From: Mustelus asterias
Taxonomy: Eukaryota
NCBI RefSeq assembly: GCF_964213995.1
Contig: NC_135809.1
Location: 23,250,001 to 23,314,000 of the forward strand
Direction: 5' to 3'
Length of the DNA stretch: 64,000 nucleotides
The position numbers and the translations under genes are program-made. Numbering within the stretch: position 1 is the first letter of the stretch; the number at the start of each line of letters is the position of its first letter. A model generated the notes under the pieces. It saw only the letters and a program-made list of their open reading frames with translations. It was not told the DNA's origin and searched no databases. Shown piece after piece: positions 36,690-47,824 of this stretch.

Positions 36690-37101
36690 AACTTTTTTTT
36701 ATTCATTCGTGGGACATGGGTGTCGCTGGCTGTCCAGCATTTATCGCCCGCCCCTAGTTGCCCTTGAGAAGGTGGTGGTGAGCTAACTGAGTGGCTTGCT
36801 AGGCCATTTCAGAGGGTAGTTGAGAATCAACCACATTTTTGTGGCTTTGTAGTCACACGTAGGCCAGACCTGGTAAGGACAGCAGATTTCCTTCCCTAAC
36901 GGACATCAGTGAACCAGATGGGCTTTTCCGACAATCGGCAATGGTTTCATGGTCATCAGTAGATTCTTAATTCCAGATATTTTTTATTGAATTCAAATTC
37001 CACCATCTGCCGTGGAGGGATTCAAACCCAGGTCCCCAGAACATTATCTGGCTTTCTGGATTAATAGTCGAGCGATAATACCACTAGGCCCTCACCTCCC
37101 C
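36690..37101 (-). mobile_element. tRNA-derived SINE with family-B tail (inverted partner of 35589-35945)
   Basis: Reverse-complement homology over its full length. Confidence 0.8.
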
Positions 37102-37259
37102 GATTGAAAATGTTTCCATTTTTAACACACAATGCAACAAACCCCAAAAATCCCGTACAGCACCGAATAATCATCTTTCACAAGTACGTACAAAAAGAGA
37201 CTCTCAAAAATCGAAAGTTAGTTCAGATTACTTATTGTCATTGGCACCTCCTTTTACAC

Positions 37260-37561
37260 GGATAATGAAAGGATATTTCAAAGAGTGGGCGATATCAGGA
37301 TAACCGGATATAGCCATGGGCACATGGCACAGCGGTGCACACTCTTGCCGACAGGATAACCGAGACAGAGCTACACCGCAAATGGAAAACGCTGTAGGAT
37401 TAAACACAGCAAAGCGGGGCCTAACTCGGCACTGCCAAACATCCAGATAATGAAAGGATATCCCAGAGAGAGAAAAAGGAACACCAGAATAAGGCCATAG
37501 ACACCTAACGTGGTGTGACAGTGCCCACTCTCGCACGCAGGATAACCGCAACAGAGCTACA
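37260..37561. repeat. Diverged tandem duplication, period ~185 bp
   Basis: gataatgaaaggatat at 37261 and 37446; caggataaccg..acagagctaca ending at 37375 and 37561. Confidence 0.7.
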
Positions 37562-38112
37562 TAACCTTATTGGAGTGGCTGAGAAACTGTGGAGCCCCAA
37601 GTAGTTCTCACACTCCGCAGATTTATTCTGTTTTTATAAAGAATTGCTCCAGTTTGCTCCATAGAACTGGTGATTTTGATCTGTCGTTTGAATTACTCTA
37701 ATTAAGGCAGTGGATTCCAACAGTTTTCAGCACCATACCCAGCTGTTAGGAATCAACCTGTCAGAAGAACTGGGATTGAACCAAGATACTAATGAGTGGA
37801 ATGGTAGTGAAAAATGATGTGGCCGATTATAACCTGTTTTGCTTGGTGCTAACAGCTTCAAACCCGTGTCAGGAGCCTCAGCAGCCTGTAATCGGCTGAC
37901 ACTATTTTGAAAGGGGGAGGGTCGATCGCTCAATGTCCAAAGGACCTGCCTGTTTCTGGGGCCATTTCAAAAGACACGTGGTATCTCGAGGACCCAGATA
38001 ACCATGTTAGATTGGAAACAGTTGGATGATACAATATGTAAACTTCCATCCTTCACACAGGCTACAGAGGGGTAACTTTGATCTTTTTTGAGGGACTTGG
38101 AGAACCACTTAG

Positions 38113-38428
38113 GATCATAGAGTGCAGAATGAGGCCATTTGGCCCATCGAGGCTGCACTGACCACAATCCCACCCAGGCCCTATCCCCAAAACCTCCATG
38201 CATTTACTCTAGTTAGTCCCCCTGACACTGAAGGGCAATTTAGCACAGCCAATGCACCTAACCTGCACACCTTTGGACTGTGGGAGGAAACCAGAGCACC
38301 CGGAGGAAACCCACGCAGACACGGGGAGAACGTGCAAACTCCGCACAGACAGTGACCCAAGCTGGGAATCGAACCCGGGTCTCTGGCGCTGTGAGGCAGC
38401 CGTGCTAACCACTGTGCCACCATGCCGC
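38113..38428 (-). mobile_element. HE1-type V-SINE
   Basis: Full length. Confidence 0.9.
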
Positions 38429-38989
38429 CCCCGATCAAGACGATGGTCAGAATTCCACGACGTCGCTCACAGCTGGGATTCTCCAGTCCTGCTGCAGTGG
38501 ACAGAATTTTGGCCGAGCCTCAAGTTCTCCGTTCTCGCTGCCAGCGGTGGTGGGGTGATTGATGTCAGAGAATTCCAACCAATGTCACAGTATTGTGATG
38601 TTCCTAGCTGGGTTAGTTTGGAAATCACAGCTGCAATGAGGTTAAGACCTCATTGTGTCGGATCAGCAGTTTGGGTCTCCCCAGCTTCCAGTGTAACGTG
38701 AAGTCCGAAGACTAATGTGGCTCTGTTTACACTCCAGCCATGGCATCATGGTGAAGTGGAACCCGCCTTGGTGCTGCATTTAATGTTGCCATCTAAGTAC
38801 ACTTTGAGCAGCTTAAAGGACTGCTGCTTAACTGGACAGTGTCTCATTCAGCCAGTGCCTCCGTTCACAGGCTGACACGTCAGTGCAGAGAGCCGGAGAA
38901 TGATGTTAGACCGAGGGCCCACCTGCCTCCTCGGGATCATGTAAACGTTCCCATGGTAACATTCTCAGAAGCAAGTGCGGTGGAGTTTT

Positions 38990-39200
38990 CTCCAGTGTCG
39001 AGGCCAACTATGTCCTTAGTAAACACCACGCGCACAGATTATCTGCTGCTGATTGTTGTCATTGTGGGAGCTTGCTGTGCACAAATTGGCTGCTGTGTTC
39101 TATGAATTAAAATAGTGATCACGCTTCTAGAGTATTTCATTGGTTTTAAAGTGCTTTGAGGTTGTGAAGGACACCATAAAACTGCAAATCTTTTTCTTTA
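38990..39200 (+). mobile_element. DeuSINE 3' fragment
   Basis: cagattatctg...tgtgggagcttgctgtgcacaaattggctgct...aaagtgctttgag. Confidence 0.65.
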
Positions 39201-39696
39201 ATTGCCCCAGAAAGCATTGAAAGGCTAATTGGTATTATATGTATATATTAATAGAATCCTTACAATGCAGAAGAAGGCCATTCAGCCCATCGACCCTGCA
39301 CCAACAACAATCTCACCCTATCCTGATAACCCTATGTGTTTACCCTGCTAACGGGCAATTTAGCATGGCCAGTTAACCTAACCCGCACGTCTTTAGACTG
39401 TGGGAGGAAACCCACGCAGACACGGGAATAACATGCAATCTCCACATAGACAGTCATGCCCTCCGCCCATCCCACACCCTGCTTTCCCTGTTCCCCTCTA
39501 TGCAGTAAAGAAAACAAGAGTACAGTGAGGTTGCTGAAGTTACTTCTGACATTTTCCATCTGTAGCAATTTGCATTTATATAGCGCCCCATTGCATTTCC
39601 CAGAGCAGCCAAATACAATGAATAATTTCACATACAGTCATGGTGGGGAGTTTTCCCAGGGATTTGGAAGTCCAGGAAACTCAGGGAAAGTTGCGT

Positions 39697-39993
39697 TGGC
39701 ACAATGGTTAGCACTGCTGCTGCGCAGTGCCAGGGAGCCAGGTTCAATTCCAGCCTCGGGTGACTGTCTGTATGGAGTTTGCACGTTCTCCCCGTATCTG
39801 TGTGGGTTTCCTCCCACACTCCAAAGATGTGTGAGTTAGGTGGATTGGCCATGCTAAATTGCCCCTTTGTGTCAGAGGGATGAGCAGGGTAAATACATTG
39901 GGTTATGGGGATAGGGCATGGGTGAGATTGTGGTCGGTGCAGGCTCAGTGGGCCGAATGGCCTCCTTCTGCACTGTAGGGATTCTATGATTCT
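39697..39993 (+). mobile_element. HE1-type V-SINE; partial inverted copy at 39250-39455
   Basis: Head, core and tail. Confidence 0.88.
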
Positions 39994-41507
39994 GTGTAGG
40001 AGATCAGCTGACCCTGGTGCAGACTGGACATCAAACTGGCAATGTCCGAGATCTGTATGTCTCATCAACTCGCCTGTGAAGCTGGCTGAGCCATTGGGCA
40101 TTAATACTCATTCTTTGACTTGGACACACGGACTTCTAATTTGATTATCCAAACTTTGCTGTGAAATCTCCAGAGGCCTTTAGATAAGAGGAGAATGACA
40201 TTCAACCTGAAAGGCTGCAAATGTAGTATCCATCTGCCACAGTATTAAAGGAGGTCACTGTAAATGTGCCATTGGACATATTTATACACCCCTGTAGACC
40301 ACATAAATTTAAAGAAACCCATTCGTGAAAAATGTTGCTGCATTGATGGCGCTTCAGTATTTGACAATTCTTGGACCTGTTTTCCAAAATAACCCTAAAG
40401 AAGCCCAAGGGGTTGGATTTTTCAGAGCACCATATTCCCCGCACCCACTGTCCCCACCCCACCCCCTTGACTGAAAAGGCAGTCATCAGCCCACCCACCC
40501 AAAAACCAGGTGTCATAGAGGTTTACAGCATGGAAACAGGCCCTTTGGCCCAACTTGTCCATGCCGCCCTTTTTTTTTCTAAACCCCTAAACTAATCCCA
40601 ATTGCCCGCATTTGGCCCATATCCCTCTATATCCATCTTACCCATGTAACTGTCCAAATACTTTTTAAAAGACAAAATTGTATCCGCCTCTACTACTACC
40701 TCTGGCAGCTTGGCCAGTCAGGTTGGACGGCAACTCTGTCATCCCAGCATCACCAGGGCCAAGTGATAGCCACAGCTGGGACTACGGGACTACAGGCAGT
40801 AAACAAGCCCAGACGCGTCCAGGCCAGGCTGTCAAACCTCGGATAGTGGGGGGGGGGGGAATAGTATTAAGGGGGGTGCTTCTGATTGGCACAGGGGATC
40901 CTGCAAAGTAGTCCCCCCCCCCCCCCCTCCTTGTCTGACAGCAGCGTGTGCAGAGAAAGCTGTGGGTTACCTGCCTTTCTCTGCCACAGGTAAAATGGCG
41001 GTCAGTAGGCCGAGGGTGGGTAGGCTGCCTGACACCTGCCCCCTTCCGTACCCTCCACACTATGGAGAGAGGTTGGGGATGGCAGAAAGGCATTGGGAAG
41101 GCCATCTGCTTTATTTTACCCGTAAGCACCCCCTCCCCACCCCCCACACCCAAGTATGCTGGTGAGTCCAGCCCATGACATTCAAGCTGCCCTGTGGTGG
41201 ATTTACCTCGATCACATAATGTTGTTGATATTTTGGTACATTCTGCATGTGAGGAGTAGCCCTATTGAGAGTTCACAGCTGAAGTCTGGGCAGTGAACCC
41301 CTGCGTTCCATCTGTATTTGGCAAAATGATGTGAGGACAGCGAACAATAGAGGGTGGGAGCCTGGCCCAAGCCAATGGTCCCATGCTATTAGTTACTGTC
41401 CGGGGGGAGGAACACCAAGGGCAGGACTGGAGGCAGTGAAGTCAGATGAGACTGGTAAGGCTCAGGGGCTCCTGTGGGTTTGGGGGCTTCATCTGATCAA
41501 GGTGAGA

Positions 41508-41580
41508 GCCTTGTTAGCACCGTAAGCAACGCATCAGATTCCTAATCTGAAGGTCCTGAGTTTGCGCCTCATATGGAGCA
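41508..41580 (+). pseudogene. Elongator tRNA-Met pseudogene (anticodon CAT changed to CCT)
   Basis: 73 nt, colinear with the recalled vertebrate tRNA-Met GCCTCGTTAGCGCAGTAGG...TCAGTCTCATAATCTGAAGGTCGTGAGTTCG...CCTCACACGGGGCA; several differences are CpG-decay type; followed by TTTGCTTTT. Confidence 0.8.
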
Positions 41581-41588
41581 TTTGCTTT

Positions 41589-42160
41589 TAGAATTCAATC
41601 CGGATAAGTGTGAGGTGATGCACTTGGGCAGGACAAACAAGGCAAAGGAATACGTGATGAATGGCAGGAACCAGAAAGCACCGAAGATCAGAGGGTTCCT
41701 TAAGGTAGCAGAGCAGGTGGATAAAGTGGTTAAGAAAGCATATGGTATACTTGCTTTTATTAGCCGAGGCATAGAGTTTTAAGAGCAGGGAGGTTGTGCT
41801 GGAACTATATAAAAAGTTGGATTGGCCACAGCGAGAGTACAGTGTGCATTTCTGGAATCCGCATTATAGGAGGAATGTGATCGCACTGGAAAGGCTGCAG
41901 AGGAGATTTACCAGGATGTTGCTTGGGCTGGAGACTTTTAGTTATGAAGAGAGATTGGATAGACTGGGGTTATTTTCCTTGGAACAGAGGATACTGAGAT
42001 ATGATTGAGATGTGTAAAATTGTGAGGGGCATAGAGTAGACAGGAAGAAACTTTTCCCCTTGGTGGAGGGATCAATGACCAAAGGTCATAGATTTAAGGT
42101 AAGGGGCAGGAGGTTTAAAGGAGATGTGAGGAAAAACCTTTTCACCTGTTGGGAGCCTGG
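41589..42160 (+). mobile_element. CR1 ORF2 fragment
   Basis: EFNPDKCEVMHLG, KKAYGILAFISRGIEF, RRFTRML. Confidence 0.9.
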
Positions 42161-42204
42161 AAGTATCTGAATTCTCTGCCTGCTGGCTACAGGCACTTAG
42201 TTAT

Positions 42205-43030
42205 AATTTATTTATTTATTTTGTGAATAAGTCCCTCAGCCAAACAGCTTCTTCCAGTCCTGCTGTGTTGAGTGTGGATAGGCCTCCGCTGATTCTGTGG
42301 ACTGGACACTCTTCTACAATGTGCTGCAGAGTTTGCTCTCTCCCACAGGGACACGGGGGACTAGCACTAATGCCCCATCTGTGGAGGTTGGCCAAGCAGG
42401 GATCATGGACAGTCCTGAACCTGTTACGGGTGGATCACTCTTTTCTTGGAAGATTGAAGCCAGGCAGCTGTTGGGTTGGGTTTGAGACCAGGTACTTTGT
42501 ATCCAATGATTCCTATTCATTTGTCCAGGTGGAATTTGTGTTGAAGTCCTGTGTGGGAGGTTTTATCTAGATGGGCTTTCTTGATGGGAGTCGTAGCTTG
42601 AATGTACTGAATAGATTAGCATGAAGTGACAGGTGACCGGGGGTTGGGGGGGGGGGGGTCCATGGTGAACTTTTTCTATCATTTTCCGGGTTGTTGCAAG
42701 TCAGCGGATATATGGAGGAGTGATGTTTGCCAGGACAGGGAGCCAAGAAGCTGATGTTGAGTGTTGTATTCCAGTAATGATACACGTGATAGCATTCAGC
42801 TGGGTGTCAGCTCTGTGGAGGTGTGTGAGGGTGGGTCCATGAGCATGTGGGTGGTTGATCTTGACCAGATAGGTGCGCAGTATTCTGCTACTGAGTATGA
42901 GTGTGCCAGTGCTGAGGTTCAGAGACTGGTGGCAGCAGCACCTCACATTGAACCGACTAGTTTGGTAGCAAGCTGTTTCTGGGCTTGACCTTGGCTGCAC
43001 TTGTTTTTAGGTGTCTCCAGAAGGTCAGTG
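42205..43030 (-). mobile_element. Vingi/Ingi-clade LINE 3' fragment
   Basis: Minus strand: DTQLNAITCIITG...WLPVLANITPPYIR and NRFRT...LHRWG...CPCGREQTLQHIVEECP (C-terminal zinc knuckle); (AAAT)n tail. Confidence 0.7.
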
Positions 43031-45064
43031 TCCTGTTAATCATAATAGATTAGCTAGAAGATCACTGCTCGGGTATTTGATGTCAACTGGGCTAGTAATC
43101 TAGAGGCTACAGTTGCCTTTGGCGATTGGGGTTTCAGACCTTTGTTGGAAAGCAAACAAGGGTGTTAGTTGCAAACATGATCAGACTTGGTTGTGAACCT
43201 CGAAGAGCCCACACTCACTCACTATCTAGAATTGCACATGTTGTATGACTATTTGGGTGTAGCATTGGATGGCTTCCGATGCACACAGATCCATACCACA
43301 AGAGTCAGGAGCAGAGGGAAGAAAATTGAGAAAGAAAATGTCCAAGGACCATACTTGCGGAATAAATACGAATCAATAATAGTCTGCTTTTTATTTAATT
43401 TTCACCAATTAAATTCCAGATTTCAGCAGGTGCCTGCGACAACAAACCTCTCCCCACCAGTTCCCAGGGACTTTTCCTCCCTCATCTGTTCAGACATATA
43501 AACCTTTATTTTTGGAATATTTGCCTGAAGGATATACAGTATGTTCTAAATTACTAATTGCGTTTTGTAATGGAATGTTACCAAAGCAGTTTCAGCTGTA
43601 CCACATGCCACATCATCAAAGAGCTTCGCAATGGCGTATCGGGGATGATGCCTCTCCGTACTGATTGGTATTGAGGAGATTTTTAGCTACACAGGCCAGG
43701 TAACCTTTGTTACTCTGAAGTAACATTGCAGTTGTTTGATCTGGCCTCATTGTGCACATGATAAGTTTTCTCTTTTTTTGCTGCTTTTAAGGAAATATTT
43801 CTTTGAGTTTTATGAATGATTAGTAATTCTTGTAAGCCAGGAGTGGTAGTGTGCCATGCGGTTTATTGTGCCAATGTGAGCGTGGAAAATGGTGAGAAAA
43901 ACCAAAGCGCATTTTAAAACTAACCAGGCTTGATCCTATCCTCCCGTGAGTTCCACACAAGAGCAGTTCCCAGTCCAGATCACTGGCCATCAGGCATAGG
44001 AACCTTGACAGTTTTTTTTGGCCAAGCACTGGCTTGTCATTTCTGAACCAAAATGAGAGGTTTTCATCAGTGAAGTAGCCATCATGAGGCCAGTCTCGCA
44101 CTCTCCCAGCTTCTGTTTAGGGTGTTACTGATAAGCACACAAAAGTAGATCAACCCCTTCCTCATCCCTGCACTCGGATACAGCCTAGAGAGAAAGATAA
44201 TTCGGGAAAGAGAGAAATATCCTGAAATAAAACAAAACTATTAGAATTGAACCAAATCCAAGTAGCTTTTGTAACCAGGGTGACCCCTGTTCCTGACCCA
44301 AAATGCTTACTCCGGGACAAGATGAGACTGACTGATCCATTGGGTTTGCCCCATTCTGGCATGGTGTAACCTCTCTGGACACCATTATCCATTCCCACAT
44401 GGCCATGTAATCTCCTGAGAGAGATTTTTAAAAAATATGTCAAATTATGGCAAGTCTTTGACTCCTAATGCTTATCAGGCAAATTCCAGGAAATTACCAT
44501 GACTGGGTAATGTACCCTGCCCATCTTCGAGAGGTAGATGCATTTGGCACTGACAGGAACGTGTCGAATTTGCAACGAGTTCACACTCCCTGTAACTTAT
44601 TGTAGAGATCAACAACTCTGCAAAGATAAATACCCCCTAGAATCTAACCCAGTTCCATGCTTTCATAACTTCTAATTATGTCCTTTGCTTCACCCTAATC
44701 TATCAAACTCAATTAGCCTATTCACTTGGAGCGGGTCTAATCCTGTTATTATTTAAAAGGCTCCAATCATATCTCTTCAAAGTCTACATCTTTCTGAAGT
44801 ATCTAGCCCCAGCTCTGTCAATTCTGCTAAAAGACGTAACCTAGTGACCTTCCTCTGAACCTTTTCCAGACCCCCTCTATATTCTCCATCACAACAGTAT
44901 TAAAATGCATTTGGCATATTCACAAATTACGGAGATTCACTTTACATTAAAAATCTGTGCTTTGAAGGTCAGTTAAATTTCTAAATGTGAATATCCATCA
45001 GCCATGGTGATTGTGAATTTTGTAGACTCGGGGAATTTTGCTTTTTGTTTTAAATGGGTCATCA

Positions 45065-45417
45065 TGGAGGCCTGGATAGAGTGGACGTGGAGAGGATGTT
45101 TCCACTAGTAGGAAAAACGAACCAGAGGGCACAACCTCAGGCTAAAGGGGCGATCCTTTAAAGCAGAGATGAGGAGGAATTTCTTCAGTCAGAGAGTGGT
45201 GAATCTGTGGAAATCTTTGCCGCAGAAGGCTGTGGAGGCCAGGTCATTGAGTGTCTTTCAGACAGAGATAGATAGGTTTTTGATTAATAAGGGGATCAGG
45301 GGTTATGGGGAAAAGGCAGGAGAATGGGGATGAGAAAAATATCAGCCAAGATCGAATGGCAGAGCAGACTTGATGGGCCGAGTGGCCTACCTCTGCTCCT
45401 ATGTCTTATGGTCTTAA
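45065..45417 (+). mobile_element. CR1 3' fragment
   Basis: gatgaggaggaatttcttcagtcagagagtggtgaatctgtgg; tail cctatgtcttatggtctta. Confidence 0.9.
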
Positions 45418-46719
45418 ATAGACAGCAATGTAATCGTGATTCAAAAGGTACAGTTCTACATGGAATTTAAAGTGGATGAATTATTTTCTTTTGCTTTCGA
45501 TTTGGGGATATGAATAATGCCTATCCATGCTTCCAATTGAATTACATTCTTGCTCTTTTGCTCATTTCAGCTCGTCACTTCAGATAAATCTGAATAAAAC
45601 TGTACAACTGTCAAACATTAATGTGTTGAAACCTATTCAGTGAAAGACAACTAATTCTTTTATTGAAATTTAGACCATTCCAAGTCTATTTTCCATTCAA
45701 GGAACCTTGGAAGTGCGCAGGTTCAAATTTGACTAAATATAACTTACCCCCAGTCACATTGGCAGATTTACCAAATCTCCCACAGTTTAGTTTCCTCTTC
45801 ATCATTAAAGGTCATTTTCTAATCTACAGCACATATAATTTGTATCTATAATCCTAGTGCCAATAAGCATGCCTCAACTTTGCGAACAGCCATTTCAGGT
45901 ATCAGATGGTGTGCTGGTACTTATTTGCCTGCCAATTGGATGAGATTTCAAAGCACTGGTGTGTTATCCAACTATGTTAACGGTAATGTTTTGAGGCAGG
46001 CTGAATGAATGAATTTCATTTGAGAAACATTCTAGAAGATAGTTGAGTCTGTTAAAGTCAGTGCCCCGTGAGGTTAGTAGGTTGTTAGATCCTGCGCTAT
46101 TGGGACACTGTAGTGGATAAACCAGAGTCTGGCTGTCAAGGGCAAACCCACATATACAAAATGAATGTTGGGTGAACTAGCCAATGTCTTGCCTGGAAAC
46201 TATGTTGACTTGTTTGTACTGGGCAAGGAATATGTATATCCACTGGATCACCATGTCTTTTTAGAATGTAAATGTTAATTGAAGAGGCTGGGGCAGAGGG
46301 CAGCCGACACTTGACTTTGTCCTCTTTAGTCCATCTGCGGCTTTGATCAGGCTACATCTTTCTCTGTTGCTTGTCCCCCAGAGAGTCTCCTAGGGTCATG
46401 GCCTGCAGCCTAGTCAAGAGGCATTAGCCTACTGGCTTAAATATTTGAGGCCCTCAGGTTAGCAGGGGGGCCTTCACTTCATGCACTCCACATTTCCCAC
46501 ATAACCTAAAGCAGACTAAACAAAAGTTGGTGTGAAATCCGATGGCTGGGTGCAGTTAAAGTAATATGTTGAAACTGTCCTCCATTCATTTAATACTGTG
46601 TGTTTGTATCCTGGATTTACACCCTTTTCGGTCTTTGGGATCATGGAAACCTTTGAAAAAGGGATTGCAGAGCAGTGGCCTGTGATTAAAACCTAGTGTT
46701 TTTTCTCCGTGCTGCTCTT

Positions 46720-46867
46720 NNNNNNNNNNNNNNNNNNNNNNNNNNNNNNNNNNNNNNNNNNNNNNNNNNNNNNNNNNNNNNNNNNNNNNNNNNNNNNNNN
46801 NNNNNNNNNNNNNNNNNNNNNNNNNNNNNNNNNNNNNNNNNNNNNNNNNNNNNNNNNNNNNNNNNNN
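46720..46867. other. Assembly gap (148 N)
   Basis: Run of n. Confidence 1.
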
Positions 46868-47421
46868 AAGAGAGTTATAAATTGTGTCAGCTAGCAGCCC
46901 AGACAAAATGAAGCCATGTGGAAAATCAAATCTATTTAACTATGAAACTGTTGCAAGCCATTTTAAGGTGGTCATCTTTGGCAGTTCTCAGTTTATGAGG
47001 TGACAAATGTTAAACCACATAATGCAGTCTTTTGCTTTACTTTTTTTTGTCAGGCAAATAAAAGTTAAAATATTTTGCCATTTTTGGACCTGGTTATTTT
47101 AGTGGGGGGATGGCGGCTTGTTAGGAGTTGAACGCCGACTAGATTTGACGGGTGTAAATATTTGATAACTCGATTAAATAATTTACCATGTCCAGGTATG
47201 AGAGTCCTATTTTCAGTAAAACTTTTTTAAGGCCTTTAAGTTCGCAAACATGGCAATGATATCAGCTGGAGGAGATTTATGGCGGTTTGGCTGGTATTTA
47301 ATCAATGTACTTTCTCGCAAATCTGGGGTTAAGCATGTCCGAAATACTCAGCAATTAAAAAAATAGCAGCCTTGCTTGTCGAGCTAGTCAGTGTAGAAAG
47401 GGAAGGGCAAGGACATATCAC

Positions 47422-47714
47422 AGTGGCACGGTGGTTAGCACTGCTGTCTCACAGCACCAAGGACCTGGGTTCGATTCCTGGCTTGGGTGACTGTCTGTGT
47501 GGAGACTGCACATTCCCCTGTGTCTGCATGGGTTTCCTCCGGTTGTTCCGGTGCCCTCCCACAGTCCGAAAGACGTGCTGGTTAAGTGCATTGGGCATGC
47601 TAAATTCTCTCTCGGTGTACCCAAACAGGCGCCGGAGTGTGGCGGCTAGGGGTTTTTCCCAGTAACTTCATTGCAGTGTTAATGTAAGCTACTTGTGATT
47701 GATAAATAAACTTT
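47422..47714 (+). mobile_element. V-SINE, tail B, ending ~55 nt upstream of HMGA2 exon 5
   Basis: Head, core and tail B; contributes AATAAA at ~47705. Confidence 0.88.
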
Positions 47715-47768
47715 ATATTATTCAAAAGGAATCTGTCTGACAATATGCAAATTTGTTTTTGTCCGCAG

Positions 47769-47804
47769 GAAGAGGGTGAAGGAACATCCACAGAGGAAGA
47801 TTAA
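47769..47804 (+). CDS. HMGA2: HMGA2 exon 5 coding part (acidic tail EEGEGTSTEED*)
   Basis: Acceptor tttgtttttgtccgCAG; phase 0 joins exon 4; ends EED-stop like human EETEETSSQESAEED; let-7 8mer begins 21 nt after the stop. Confidence 0.9.
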   Translation, partial: EEGEGTSTEED

Positions 47805-47824
47805 GAAACCACCCTATTTTACTT

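Noticed and set aside
46586-46911. ORFs spanning the N run
   Set aside because: Artefacts of the assembly gap
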